NCBI GenBank assembly: GCA_964016885.1
Contig: OZ024751.1
Span: 12,524,001-12,588,000, forward strand
From: Eledone cirrhosa
Lineage: Eukaryota
Length of the DNA stretch: 64,000 bases
Direction: 5' to 3'
Shown here: piece by piece, positions 34,779-49,009 of the stretch
Layout: each line of letters begins with the position of its first letter
How positions within the stretch are numbered: the stretch's first letter is position 1
Translations under genes and position numbers: made by a program
The notes under the pieces: model-generated
Databases searched by the model: none
What the model saw: only the letters and a program-made list of their open reading frames with translations
What the model was told of the DNA's origin: nothing

Positions 34779-35264
34779 GGATCAGCTATATATATATATA
34801 TTTTCATTTATATATATATATATATACATACACACAGATTCCTCAGAGACCACACACATCGCAATGTGCATTCATATCTACACATGAACACATATGCACA
34901 TAATCATGCATCTATATATACACACACACACAAAGTAAACACACGCACAAACACATTAAGGGATAATGATACACAGCAGAGGAAGGGACATATGCAGACA
35001 AAGGCATTCCTATTTAGATGCTAGATTTAGAAGTCAAAGATGTGTAAACATGCTAGAGAGGGTGTGGTGACACTTATATTCGTAACACAACGCTTGATAG
35101 CTCTGTAAGTCACTTAGCTGAATAGCTCTTTGAACCAGAAATATATCCCAAAAGACTGTTCTTTTCCTTCGTGTATATGTACTCACATATATATGTGTGC
35201 GTGTGTGATTCGGGTGCGTGTGTTATTTATATAAAAACATGCCTCAAAATGTACCCTTCTCCTA

Positions 35265-35640
35265 GGTCCTGTAAGGATGTTTAAGCCCAGTTTAGCAGTG
35301 ACACTATCCATAAAACACTTGTTCTTTTCATAGGACATCAATGATGTTTAAACACAGTTTTAGCCGTGAAACTATACATAAACACTTGTTCTTCTCATGG
35401 GACGTGCAGTGAGGTTTAAACCAACTTTAGCAGTGAAACTAATCATAAAACGTTTGTTCTTCTCATAAGAACTGCAATAAGGTTCACACCTAGTTTTAGT
35501 AGTGAAACTAGTCACAAAATTCTTGTTCTTCTCATAGAAACTGCAGAGAAGTTTAAACCCAGCTTTAGCAGTGAATCTAGCCATAAAACTCTTGTTTTTC
35601 TCATATCACCTAATGAGGCGTGAAACTAGCCATAAAACAT
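35265..35640. repeat. Diverged minisatellite, ~67-69 bp period, ~5.5 copies
   Basis: ttgtt(c/t) anchor at 35319, 35386, 35454, 35523, 35592. Confidence 0.85.
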
Positions 35641-36107
35641 TCTTGTCCGACTTTTTGGCAAAAATACCCGTGAAGTAATTCTCGGTCCTTATAAATGCGA
35701 TAACGCTGAAAATCAGAAATAGAGGAACAGCCTATCTAACGACGGACTTCTATACAGTTTACACCTACCAAATTTTACTTACGCTTGGATCCCAAATATT
35801 AGTAGGGTGGTAAGTGGGGTCTGGAATAAGCGAGGGATGGTTTGAATAAGCGAAGAAGGGAGTTGAACATCGGTTATTTTTCTAGGTTGTCACCGTTGAT
35901 TTTTTTTTTTTTTTAAACCAGTATTAGTCGTTTAGTTTACATATTGAAAACCCAACCAATCCTATTTGTTTCATAACGTATGGGATTTTTAGTAACGTAC
36001 ATTTTTTTTGCCATGTATAATGTTATTTAATGTATAAAGAAAATTAACTGTCGCAGAAATGCTACCACTTAAAATAAAATTTCGCCGGAGATAAATTAGT
36101 AAAATCT

Positions 36108-36284
36108 CAGTATTTCCCGGCGTCGAAGACGCTACGTTTTTCCTAAAATAAGTCTCAAAAATCTACCATGCGTCCTGGAGGCCGAAGGTTTTTTTTTTTT
36201 TTTTTGTTTTTTTTTTAAATTTTTGGTTGTCAAAATTCGGGTGCGTCCTCGAGGACGAAGCGTCTTCGGCACCGGGAAATACGG
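36108..36284. mobile_element. pogo/Tigger-like MITE, probably nested in an older DNA element (~35780-36373)
   Basis: TIRs CAGTATTTCCCGGCGTCGAAGACGC / GCGTCTTCGGCACCGGGAAATACGG-TA. Confidence 0.75.
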
Positions 36285-36646
36285 TAATTTAAGTTGGAAT
36301 GAGAGCGGGGGTGTTGGAAAAAATCTGAAAAATTAATAAGCAGGTGGGGACAATTATTTCAGACTCGAGAATACAAAGATTACGTTCGCCCCAGGTTATA
36401 GATAAAAGTTACTTTCCCAGAATGACTTGCTATGACGTCCAACTTGGAACAGTATGATAGGAAAGCGAACTTCTTAACCACTCAACTATAGTTGCTGGTA
36501 GAATATATATCCACACGTACACTGGTATATATATATGTATATATAAGTATGTATTTACCCGTGTGTATTTGTACATATGCATGATGTACTTATGTGTGTA
36601 TAAATAAACACACACACACACACACACACATGAGAGCGAGGGGGAA

Positions 36647-36692
<46 letters not shown>

Positions 36693-37504
36693 TTATTTAT
36701 TTACATACACACATACGCATATATGTATATACGCATAAATGTATACATGTGTGTGTATGTGTGTAGATCGAATATGAAATTGATGACAGGTTTTCAGAGA
36801 GTGGGTGAGGTTGAAGTGGATGTGAGGCGAGTGTGGGTATGGATGTGGAGGGGTGGGGATGGGGACGTCTGTGGGTGGGGTTGGTATGTGGATTGATGAT
36901 GACAGAGGTGACGTTAAAAACAGATAACTAACCATACCATGGTAGCTAGCAACATTATCTAAACCCTGGGGTTAGTGGCTTTTGACACCTGGACAGGTAA
37001 ACCTTTTGTTTTATTCTCCCCTGATATATCGACTGATAACGAATGGGAAAACCTTAAGACAAAGCTTCTACTTCTGACTGATTTGTTTTACCACCTCCAC
37101 ACACACATACACACGTACACACACACATACCCTCCACACACACATACACACACATACACACGTACCCCTCCTCCTCTCCGCCCCCGCCCCACATACACAT
37201 ACACACGTACACATACGCACCCACCGACACACACATACACACACACAAACACACACATACACACGTACACATATATACACACATACACCCCACACACACA
37301 TACACACATACACACACGTACCCACCCACACACACAGACACGCGCATACACATACCCACCAATACACATACACACGTACCCACACACACATATATACACA
37401 CACACATATACACACATACACACACCCTCATACACCCTCAACGACAATAGCAACAAACTACAAATATATACTCACGCATATATACATACACACCTATATA
37501 CATG

Positions 37505-37619
37505 TGAGTTCAAATACTGCCGAGGTAAACTTTGCGTTTCATCCTTACAGGGTCGATAAAATAAAGTACCAGTAATACACTGGGGTATTAATTGGTGACC
37601 TTGTGCCAAAAGTAGAAAC
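37505..37619 (+). mobile_element. Partial copy of the second SINE family
   Basis: tgagttcaaatactgccgagg...ggtcgataaaataaagtaccag. Confidence 0.8.
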
Positions 37620-37664
37620 CGTACATGTTAATTAAACTATTTCATACATACTCTCATAATACTC

Positions 37665-37716
<52 letters not shown>

Positions 37717-37875
37717 AGATATATAGATATATACAGGGAGGTCCCAAAAAATGTATAAATACTTTCATTAATTGCACAGGCAATATTTATTGGAATGCTG
37801 TTGAGGTGTGTATACATATTATATATATTACACAAACACTCACACGCATACATGTATATACAATTTCAGATGCAT

Positions 37876-37926
<51 letters not shown>

Positions 37927-38096
37927 AAAAAGTATGACCCCGACGCAGAGCTCAAGCGGTTTCGATGACTATTTCTGGACTCGTTTCCCACTCTATAACC
38001 TAAGTATTGAGTACTCTGGAGCGTTATGGTCCATCTGGTTCCTTACCACAATTCCTTTGTTTTATATATATATATATATATATGTATGTGTCTGTG

Positions 38097-38127
<31 letters not shown>

Positions 38128-38451
38128 ATATATGTATATATATATGTGTGTGTGAATATGTGTGTGTGTATATATATTTATATATGTGTGTGTGTGTGTG
38201 TATGTGTATGTATGTATATGTATGTATGTATACATATGTATGTATGTATGTATAGATATTTATATATATGAATATATACATATATATATATACACATCTA
38301 GAGGCATATATTTGTATGCATAGATATATACATATGTATGTATGTATAGATATTTATATATATATGAATATATACATATATATATATATACATATCTATA
38401 GCCATATATTTTTATGCATAGATATATACATAGATATATACATAGATATAT

Positions 38452-38534
<83 letters not shown>

Positions 38535-38836
38535 AAGAAAGAAGAGTAACATGGTAGGCTGTACAATAAGGGTTTTATTTAAAATACTGACAATTGTTTC
38601 GTTGATCAGGTGTGTCTAGAGTTCGCTAATCGCTTGAGGCTGCGTCAATCGATCTCCAATACATTGTTTGCAACTGGTCAACACATCAGAGCACATATTT
38701 TTGTCAGTACTTTAAATAAAACCCTTATTGAGCAGCCTGCCATGTTACTCTTCTTTCTTTAACTATTATTAGTCCAAGTATAACTTTCATAGTAATTACC
38801 GCGAACTCGCTACTATATATTTTATTTTATAGAATG

Positions 38837-38934
38837 AGTTTCTACAGGACTAGTACTGTTTCATTCAGATGAAATCTTCAGGAAGCTTCCTGAAGATTTC
38901 ATCTGAATGAAACAGTACTAGTCCTGTAGAAGCT
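38837..38934. ncRNA. Back-to-back hammerhead pair in palindrome 38821-38950
   Basis: Plus: AGCUUC CUGAAGA UUUCAUCUGAAU GAAACAG UACUAGUC CUGUA GAAGCU; all three stems pair. Confidence 0.85.
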
Positions 38935-39021
38935 CCTTCTATAAAATAAAAAATTTTTATTCTGCCATGTATTGAGTACCTTACTTACCGTGGTTATCCC
39001 CGACTTAACCCGGGACCTACG

Positions 39022-39064
<43 letters not shown>

Positions 39065-39626
39065 CTGTACGTACGTATGTGTGTGTGTCCGCTTACATAT
39101 ATGCATGCATACACACATACTTACATACATACACACAAACATACACACAAACATACACACATACATACATACACACATACATACATACATACATACATAC
39201 ACACAAACATACATACATACATACATTCATACATACATACATACATACATACATACATACATACAAACATAATATATATTAGTACATGCCATTGTCAAAC
39301 GCTCCATTTAAAATGGCGTGTTGGCGCTAGAGTGTGGCAAGATACTTTGAAGGTTTACTCGATATTTTATGTAGACTATGTATATTTATTTCTATACATG
39401 AGTTAAATATATCTATGCTCCGTAACCTGCAGTTTATAACATGTAACCAGCGCCTACAACGAGTAGTAAATAACCTTCACTTGAAAAGAATTCTTTGCTA
39501 AAAATGTTTCTGGTGATTGCTTTTATCGGCAAGAAAATTAAAGTTATGGAAGAGGAATCACGCTACCATATTATAACGGCAACAGAAACACATATGTACG
39601 ACAGGTACATATGTACGTTTATATAA

Positions 39627-39685
<59 letters not shown>

Positions 39686-39701
39686 TATATATTTAGATAT
39701 T

Positions 39702-39736
<35 letters not shown>

Positions 39737-39747
39737 ATTTATATATA

Positions 39748-39811
<64 letters not shown>

Positions 39812-39812
39812 T

Positions 39813-39857
<45 letters not shown>

Positions 39858-40032
39858 TACACACATATATATATATATACATACATATATACATATACAT
39901 ACATATATACATTTATATATATATACATTTATATATATATATATATATACATTTATATATATATTTATATATATATATACATTTATATATATATATATAT
40001 ATATACATTTATATATATATATATATATATAC

Positions 40033-40066
<34 letters not shown>

Positions 40067-40076
40067 GCATATATGC

Positions 40077-40121
<45 letters not shown>

Positions 40122-40361
40122 CATATATGCATTTATATATATATATACATACATATATACATTTATATATATATATATACATACATATATACATTTATAT
40201 ATATATATATACATACATATATACATTTATATATATATATATATACATACATATATACATTTATATATTTATATATATATATATATACATACATATATAC
40301 ATTTATATATTTATATATATATATATATACATTTATATATATATATATATATATACATACA

Positions 40362-40393
<32 letters not shown>

Positions 40394-40434
40394 GATATAC
40401 ATACATATATACATTTATATATATATATATATAT

Positions 40435-40483
<49 letters not shown>

Positions 40484-40582
40484 TTACAAAAATGTAATTA
40501 AGATTGTATATTTGTAGTTATATATGCACGCCATGTGTATATACACACTCATACACATATACGTATGTATGTACATACATAC

Positions 40583-40618
<36 letters not shown>

Positions 40619-40640
40619 ACATACGTATGTATGTATGTAT

Positions 40641-40720
<80 letters not shown>
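39627..40720. repeat. (TA)n microsatellite field
   Basis: Direct inspection. Confidence 0.95.
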
Positions 40721-40723
<3 letters not shown>

Positions 40724-41204
40724 CTACAGATTTTTGATTGGTTGAATATAATTATCAAGTTACTATAGAATGGAAGTCGGTAATTACAGCAGCGATCGGA
40801 ACAAAAGCAAGCGATGCATTGAACGCATCTTACAAGCAAAAACAGATGCACTGTTCCGTTTGTTTTTGTCTTTCTGTATTTTGTCTTTCTTTTTTTTCTT
40901 TCTCTGCAACCTCATTCAATTAAGCTTCAACTGCGGTCAGTGTACAAAGAAAATCACTATTAAAAATACAATGATTTAGTAATTAAATAATTACATAGAG
41001 ACCTAATTTACTTGCTTTCCAAAAGAAACCAAGCAACTGCGACACTAGCAACACTACTACAAATACAACTAAAGCGAGTCACCTCCACCATCTACAACCA
41101 TTCCGCAACCCCCCGACCTACTACGCAACTGACTCTACTATCACTAAGGCTGACAACAATAACAACAACCTCAATAACACAACCTTTTGTACCACTATAT
41201 CTCC

Positions 41205-42510
41205 CCATCATCCCCATCATCCACAAACCAAACCAAACCAAACCAATCAGCAGCAACAGCAGCAGCATCAACATCACCTTCCTCATCACCATCCTCGCCA
41301 TTATCATCACCATCATCATCATCACCATCATCATCATCAGCATCATCTTCATTATCACCATCATCATCATCATCATCGCCATTATCATCACCATCTTCAT
41401 CACCACCATCATCATCACCATCATCATCACCATCATCACCATCATCATCATCGCCATTATCATCAGCATCAGCATCATCTTCATCATCACCATCATCATC
41501 ATCATCACCATCATCATCACCACCATCACCTTCACCATCACCACCATCACCATCACCATCACCAACATCCCCATCATCATCGCCATCATCATCACTATCT
41601 TCATCATCATCAACACCATCATCATCACCATCACCATCTTCATCATCGCCATCATCATCACCACCACCACCATCACCACCACCACCATCACCACCATCAC
41701 CACCACCACCATCACCATCAACTTCATCATCGCCATCATCATCACTATCATCATCATCATCAACACCATCACCATCACCATCATCATCACCACCATCATC
41801 ACCACCATCATCATCACCATCATTATCATCACCATTATCATCACCATCATCACCACCATCATCACCATCATCACCACCATCATCACCATCATCACCACCA
41901 TCATCATCATCATCATCACCATCATTATCACCATCATCACCATCACCATCACCACCACCATCACCATCACCATCATCACCACCATTATCATCACCATCAT
42001 CACCATCATCACCATCACCATCGCCATCACCATCATTATCATCACCATCATCACCACCATCATCACCATCACCATCATCATCACCATCATCATCATCGCC
42101 ATCATCACCATCGCCATCATCACCATCACCATCATCATCACCACCATCATCATCATCATCACCACCATCATCACCATCACCATCATCATCATCACCACCA
42201 CCATCATCACCATCACCATCATCATCATCACCACCACCATCACCATCACCATCACCACCATCATCACCATCATCACCATCATCACCACCATCATCACCAT
42301 CACCATCATCATCACCATCATCACCATCATCATCATCATCACCATCATCATCATTATCATCACCATCATCACCACCATCATCACCATCATCACCATCATC
42401 ATCACCATCACCATCATCATCATCATCACCACCATCATCAGCATCACCATCATCACCACCATCATCACCATCACCATCACGATCATCATCACTCACCATC
42501 ACCATTACCA
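41205..42510. repeat. (CAT/CAC)n trinucleotide repeat
   Basis: Direct inspection. Confidence 0.97.
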
Positions 42511-42751
42511 GTTCTACCACAGCCAACTACAACAAACATAATAGTCTACTTCACTTCCAGCATCTCTACCTCTACCACCACAAGAACAACACGAACAACA
42601 TCTACTTCCTCATAACCAGCAGCCTCATTCTAATCTCCATCCTCATCAACGCCACCTTCACCACCGCCACCATGGTAACCATTGCTGTTGTCATAGTGGT
42701 AGTGATGGCAGTGGTGTGCGGATGGTGATGATGATTATATTTGTTTTACTA

Positions 42752-43925
42752 TAGTGGTGGTGGTGGTGAGTGTAGCGGTGGTGGTGGTGCTGGTTAGTGT
42801 AGCGGTGGTGGTGGTGCTGGTGAGTGTAGCGGTGGTGGTGCTGGTGAGTGTAGCGGCGGTGGTGGTGCTGTTGAGTGTAGCGGAGGTGGTGGTGCTGGTT
42901 AGTGTAGCGGTGGTGGTGGTGCTGGTGAGTGTAGCGGTGGTGGTGCTGGTGAGTGTAGCGGCGGTGGTGGTGCTGTTGAGTGTAGCGGAGGTGGTGGTGA
43001 GTGTAGAGGTGGTGGTGGTGGTGAGTGTAGCGAAGGTGGTGGTGAGTGTAGAGGTGGTGGTGGTGGTGAGTTTAGAGGTGGTGGTGCTGCTGTTGAGTGT
43101 AGCGGTGGTTGTGGTGCTGTTGAGTGTAGCGGAGGTGGTGGTGCTGGTGAGTGTAGCGGAGGTGGTGGTGCTGGTGAGTGTAGCGGTGGTGGTGGTGCTG
43201 GTGAGTGTAGCGGTGGTGGTGTTGAGTGTAGCGGAGGTGGTGGTGGTGGTGAGTGTAGAGGTGGTGGTGGTGGTGGTGAGTGTAGCGGTGGTGGTGGTGC
43301 TGTTGAGTGTAGCGGAGGTGATGGTGGTGGTGAGTGTAGAGGTGGTGGTGGTGCTGTTGAGTGTAGCGGAGGTGGTGGTGAGTGTAGAGGTGTTGGTGGT
43401 GGTGGTGCTGGTGAGTGTAGCGGAGGTGGTGGTGGTGGTGAGTGTAGCGGAGGTGGTGGTGGTGGTGAGTGTAGCGGTGGTGGTGGTGCTGGTCAGTGTA
43501 GCGGTGTTGGTGGTGAGTGTAGCGGTGGTGGTGGTGGTGTGCTGACAGCGGCAGTAGTGGTGTTGGTAGTGGTAGTAGTTGTGGGAGTGGTGGTAGTGGT
43601 GCTGATGTTGGTCGTGTGGCCGCAGCGGCAGTAGTGGTGTTGGTGTTGGTGGTGGTAGTAGTTGTGGTAGGAATGTTGGTGGTGGTAGTGGTGTTGATGT
43701 TGTTAAAGGTTGTTTCACTAGTTGTGGTGGAGGTGATGGTGGTATCGTTGGGGTTGTAGTAGTGGTGGTACTGGTGGTGGTGGTAGTAGTAGTAATTGTG
43801 GCAGTGATGGTAGTGGTGGTAGTGGTGTTGCTGTTGTTGAAGGTTGTTTCACTAGTTGTGGTGGAGATGATGGTGGTGGTAGTGGTGGCAGTTGTGGTAG
43901 TGGTGGTTGTGGTGGTAGTATTGAT
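42752..43925. repeat. (GGT)n-based minisatellite (GTGAGTGTAGCG(GTG)nCTG, ~21-30 bp) grading into degenerate (GGT/AGT)n
   Basis: Direct inspection. Confidence 0.93.
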
Positions 43926-44465
43926 AATAACGAAGAAAAATACAAGATGGAAGAGAAAGTAAAGTAAAATCCGTAGCAAACATAGAGGAATAGACTCCAT
44001 TAAGATATATTGAAGAAAAACAAACAAACAAAACAAAAAGTCAGTTTCTAAGACGTTTCATGCACATATTAAAATGAATCAAATGAATCATTAGTATGTG
44101 TGTGTGTATATATATATTTATATAAGTAAATAACTTTAAGTCGTTTGGAAGCCTCGACAATGCAAATGGGTAAATCTCCGGGTAACAAGGTCCGGTGGAG
44201 GAGAGAGAGAGATGTAAGTGGGTGTACGTTGAGATGCGTGGCGTGTATAAGATGTGTGAGATGTGTAGAATGAAGAGTATAAAGGATAGAATAAAAATAA
44301 CAACACAAGAGAGAGAGTTACCTTGGGAGAGATTTAATAGTCCCTATATATTTCGGATTCACATCTATCAACTGGGGTTTTTTTCCGGGGTGGGGGAAAA
44401 GGTTGTCTGTCGGACAGGTCCGGAATGCGTCCTTCGCTGTTTGTTGTTCAATACTCTCATATATT

Positions 44466-44506
<41 letters not shown>

Positions 44507-44584
44507 ACGTGTGTGTCTATGTACGTGTGTGTCTATGTATGTGTGTATGTGTGTGTGCGTGCGTGCGTCTATATATATATATAT

Positions 44585-44768
44585 ATTGTTTTTACTTTTG
44601 GCACAAGGCCAGCAATTACACAGTACATTAGTGGTACTTTATTTTATCGACCCTGTAAGGATGAAAGGCAAAGTTAACCTCGACGGGATTTGAACTCAGA
44701 CCGTAAAGGGAAGTAACTATGCTAGAAACCATGGCGTCTAACCCTCCACCGATACTGCCAATTCACCG
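44585..44768 (-). mobile_element. Copy of the second SINE family
   Basis: Near match to 15760-15940. Confidence 0.85.
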
Positions 44769-45078
44769 ATAGTAGAACACTGATGTGTTATATCAGTGGT
44801 AGAAGAGCACTCAGTCCATGGGACGAGTTTGGTAGAAGTAATTCCGCAACAGTTAGTTCACCATACCTATATATATATATATATATATATACGAAAGACG
44901 TAAAATAAGAAAAAATTTTAGTAAGTTAATTTTTAATTTTTAAAATTATCTTATGTTACGTCTTTCATATAATTGTTCTGCACCCTCCTGCATTGAACCA
45001 CCTAGGTACTATGACATAACTTATGTATTTGCTAGCATTAGTGTACATCTGTACCCATATGTTGGTAAATATACTAAT

Positions 45079-45152
<74 letters not shown>

Positions 45153-45186
45153 GTGTGTGTGTGTATAGAGATAGATAGATAGATAG

Positions 45187-45255
<69 letters not shown>

Positions 45256-45671
45256 TTTCCCTATTTTCCACGGTTACTTTATTGCATGTTTCTTTCACCT
45301 GTGTCTTCCCACGATGGGATCTGTACACTTTTTTATCTTCTATTCCTTTCCTTTTTTCCCAATCTTCCTTTCTCCTCATCTTCCTTTCTCCTCATCTTCC
45401 TTTCTCCTCATCTTTTTCCCCCCTGTTCTTCCTCCTTTCCCTTTCTTTCCTTTTCTCTGTTTCTCTCTCCTTTTCCACCTGGCCTTTTGATTAATAAAAG
45501 GCCTCGGGCGCACCCGAACTACACCGTAATGTAGTCCTGTAATTCAGCGCCGAAACATCGGTTCGGGATACATTTACAGCTGACGATGGAAATTCTTTTC
45601 TCCTCCTGTTCCGTCCTAACCACCATCCTAAACCTTGTTTTTAGTAACCACACAGCTCATTTCGTTTCATA

Positions 45672-45708
<37 letters not shown>

Positions 45709-45727
45709 GTGTGTGTGTGTATGTGTG

Positions 45728-45785
45728 TGGTGCTATTCAGTTAGACATGGCCTGGGCCAACACTGGCTGAAACTTATCAAAGTTA
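45728..45785 (+). mobile_element. Extreme 3' end of the same CR1 family
   Basis: ggtgctattcagttagacatggcctgggccaacactggc...tcaaagtta matches the reverse complement of 10371-10437. Confidence 0.75.
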
Positions 45786-46357
45786 TATATATATATATGT
45801 GTGTGTGTGTATGTATATGTGTGTGTATGTATATGTATGTGTGTATATATGTGTATATATATATATATATGTGTATATATATATATATATACTTTCTTCT
45901 TTAGTTCCTTTTGCTCCCAATGGAACATTAGTCAATGAGTTATCTTCAATCCACGTAGAAGCATGCCATGTCACGGACCTCTTTCCAAGCCAGTTATCTT
46001 CTCGTGGTTTCTGCACAAATGTTCATTAATGGAGATAAAGTTACTATTCACGCCCTCAGTCTCTCTTCCTTTTTTACTACAGTCTGGAAACTACCCAAGA
46101 GTTTTGATGTCAGAGATGGGATAACATAACCCTTGCTAGGAACCCAGTTGATAGGTACTGTCAGCTGGATCTAGCTGAGCGTGAAATTCAAATCACTTCA
46201 CTCTATTCTCAAAGGAACATTAAATAATGCATTTTACTTTATTGAAATAACGTGTCTTTACCTTGTTTCACTCTATAATCAAAAAGTAGGTTGATGAAAT
46301 AACGGTATGTTTTTTATGGAAGTAACGACTCTTCAAATCTATCTCTCTATATATATA

Positions 46358-46424
<67 letters not shown>

Positions 46425-46715
46425 AAAGTTCTATTTAAAGTTGTTGGGATACAACAAGTAAATATTTTTATAACTGATATAAAGCACTCGACAAGTTTTT
46501 GGAGTAGATATACGATATTAATAAATGGAAACTATATTTATAAAACCATATTTATTTCATTATACATATTTCAGGGATACCATATTAAATTATGGTATGC
46601 CTTCATCGGACAAAATACAATATATAACAGTTTTACTATCCAGACAGCCTCCGAAAGTAATGGTTGTATTTTAAAAGGGTACGTCAAAGCTATTTGTAAA
46701 ACTGTTATATATTGT

Positions 46716-46778
46716 ATTTTGTCTGATGAAGGCATACCATAATTTAATATGGTATCCCTGAAATATGTATAATGAAAT
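46716..46778 (+). ncRNA. Hammerhead in inverted repeat 46508-46636 / 46696-46824
   Basis: CTGATGA 46723-46729, stem II AGG.ATACCATA..TATGGTAT.CCT, GAAA 46760-46763, AUA site; mirror copy has CCGATGA. Confidence 0.75.
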
Positions 46779-46901
46779 AAATATGGTTTTATAAATATAG
46801 TTTCCATTTATTAATATCGTATATATATATATATATATATATATGCCAACAGAAGAGCAAGAATGACGGGGTTATATATATATATATATATATATATAGG
46901 G

Positions 46902-46973
46902 TGATGTGTTGGTGTAATGGTAGCACAGTCGTCTGTATAAACAAAGATATGGGTCGACTCCTATTTACATCAA
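46902..46973 (+). other. tRNA-like pseudogene / SINE head
   Basis: Acceptor-like TGATGTG/TACATCA, A box TGGTGTAATGG, B box GGTCGACTCC; anticodon arm poor. Confidence 0.5.
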
Positions 46974-47408
46974 TACTCATCTTTTTTCCATTTCTTAGAG
47001 GGTTCTAAAACCCACTATCAGGCTAAAATTTCTTTAATAAAAAAAAATGCGGCGAAAGCATCTAATTTCAAACTCGCTTGCTGTTTCAAAAATATATATA
47101 TATATATATGTATATGTATACATATATATTGTTATACTTTGGGAGGGTCATGTTGCCAATAAGAAACACACGCACCAGTTGCTTTCACTTCAATTTATTA
47201 TATATTTATAAATTTATAAATTTATAAATTTCTGGTTGGTTGGTTGGTTCCACAACAACACACGATTTCAGATAAAGAATCTTGCTAAACAAATTCAGAA
47301 ACGAAATATATATATATATATATATATATATAACTTGAAGGCGGCCACTCGGTCTGCCTTTTCAACGCCTTGGATTGTGTCTATTATATTCCTTTGCTAA
47401 ATTTTGGA

Positions 47409-47466
47409 ATACCTGGTGATGTCACCGGATTCATACTGAACCTGGTCACTGAAATGATCATAGTAT
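47409..47466 (+). ncRNA. Variant hammerhead motif (CUGGUGA)
   Basis: AUAC CUGGUGA UGUCACCGG..CUGGUCACU GAAAU GAUC AUA GUAU. Confidence 0.6.
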
Positions 47467-47679
47467 AATAAACCATTCAAGGATTTACACCAGTCCAGCC
47501 TCCTGTTATTTTATAATAATTAACTTCGTACTCGCACCACCAACAACACAAACGAAGACGGGTGAGTTGCATTACGTCGAGTGTTGCCTCTAATATTACA
47601 TGAAGGTTGACCATACGGAATGACCAGTTCTATCCAGTGGTGAACCAACAAACCTAAATGAATATATATATAAATAATA

Positions 47680-48220
47680 ATAATAATAATAGTAATAATA
47701 ATGCTTTCTTTATTAACCACAAGGTAGACATTAAGGACAGCACAGGACAATACAGGACGGTACAGAAGAGCATTTCTGCGTGTAAAAAAAAGAAAAAAAA
47801 AAGGATGTAATAGTAGAACAATGAAAAAATTCCCCAATAGGGGGGAGACTTCTGAGGGACATTCGTGGAGAAAGCCCATTAAAAAGCCACAGTGACCCCG
47901 ACCACCAGGGCAAGTGCCCTCTCCCAGTTTTCCACCTTTAATTTACAGACACATACTCAGAGTAGGCCCATTCACTCGGGCCATTCTTGCCTCTCTCACC
48001 CATCTTTCAACAAAATGCTGGGAAGAGAGCACTTCTCTCTCTACTCTGATTTTCCTTTTCAAATGAAATTTGAAAAAGTTAATCAGGGTATCACCGAAGA
48101 GGTAAGTGCTCGTCTTCAGCCCTTTCAAACGTGTCCACCATAATATCTCTTTCGCCAAGGCCACCAGACAGATAAAAACTGCCTGCCCTTCCCGGCTAAA
48201 GGAAGAGGGCGGGGCAATAA
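47680..48220 (-). mobile_element. L1/Tx1-like LINE 3' fragment
   Basis: ORF2-like C-terminus (LVALAKEILWWTR...F.ERW), then a 3'UTR ending in AATAAA and an (ATT)n tail. Confidence 0.65.
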
Positions 48221-48261
48221 TAATAATAATAAACCAAAGATAATTACTTTAGATCATCTCT

Positions 48262-48336
48262 ATTTTATTACATATATTTCGAAGATGCAAGGTTTATGTA
48301 TAACATAATCTAAAACATGTTCTCGTCAGATAGAAT
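48262..48336 (-). ncRNA. Hammerhead motif
   Basis: AUUCUAU CUGACGA GAA..UUC GAAAU AUAU GUA AUAAAAU. Confidence 0.6.
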
Positions 48337-48532
48337 GTATAGGAGATGTAGGTTTCTTTTGATATGCTGGCGGTCAACCTAGCTGGACAGATTGGTGACG
48401 ACCAAGCATAAATATATATATATAAAGAGTCGGGAGCCGACGGCTGAGCTCTTGCCGTGTCAACACCTAGTTCCAAGTATTGAGTACTCTGTTGAGTAAT
48501 AGACTAACCAGTAACAAACTGATTCCATCCTG

Positions 48533-48596
<64 letters not shown>

Positions 48597-49009
48597 CTCA
48601 CAGTTTAAAAAAACTTGTATTAAATCAAATATATAATACTTTTTTTACCCTAAAAAAATAAACCACCAGATATCTTTGCTGCGTAGCATCGTTTATGGAA
48701 ATATTTAAATCGGTGGAGAGGATGGTATGGGGTTCAGAGCTGTTACCCAGGATGAGAGTGAACTGTGCAGTGTAAAATGCAGGCTTAGTTTGGTCAGAGC
48801 AAAAAGATTCAAAACTGTAAGTTGAAATTATTTTATTGAGAACAACGGTGCTCATAACTGGAAGAAGGATCGTATATTTTAGAGCTAACAAAGGACATTG
48901 AAATGACCCATCAATGGGTCTTGATCTGCTCGTTCATTTAAACGACAATATTATTAGTTTTGCTTCTTTCATTTTTCTTTGTTTCATTAAACTGATAAAT
49001 ATCTACCGA

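Noticed and set aside
35265-35640. CRISPR-like periodicity
   Set aside because: Whole units are homologous (no unique spacers), no cas genes, eukaryotic context.
41012-44036. Long Ile/Thr-, Ser/Pro-, Asp/Gly- and mucin-like Thr-rich ORFs
   Set aside because: Trinucleotide repeats open in several frames on both strands; no unique domain or clear splice context.
45500-45570. Hammerhead (GGCGC..GCGCC GAAAC ATCG GTT)
   Set aside because: No CUGAnGA upstream and no clear stem I; at most a remnant.
48670-48821. Possible host exon (CAG ... GTAAGT)
   Set aside because: All three frames contain stops and there is no polypyrimidine tract.
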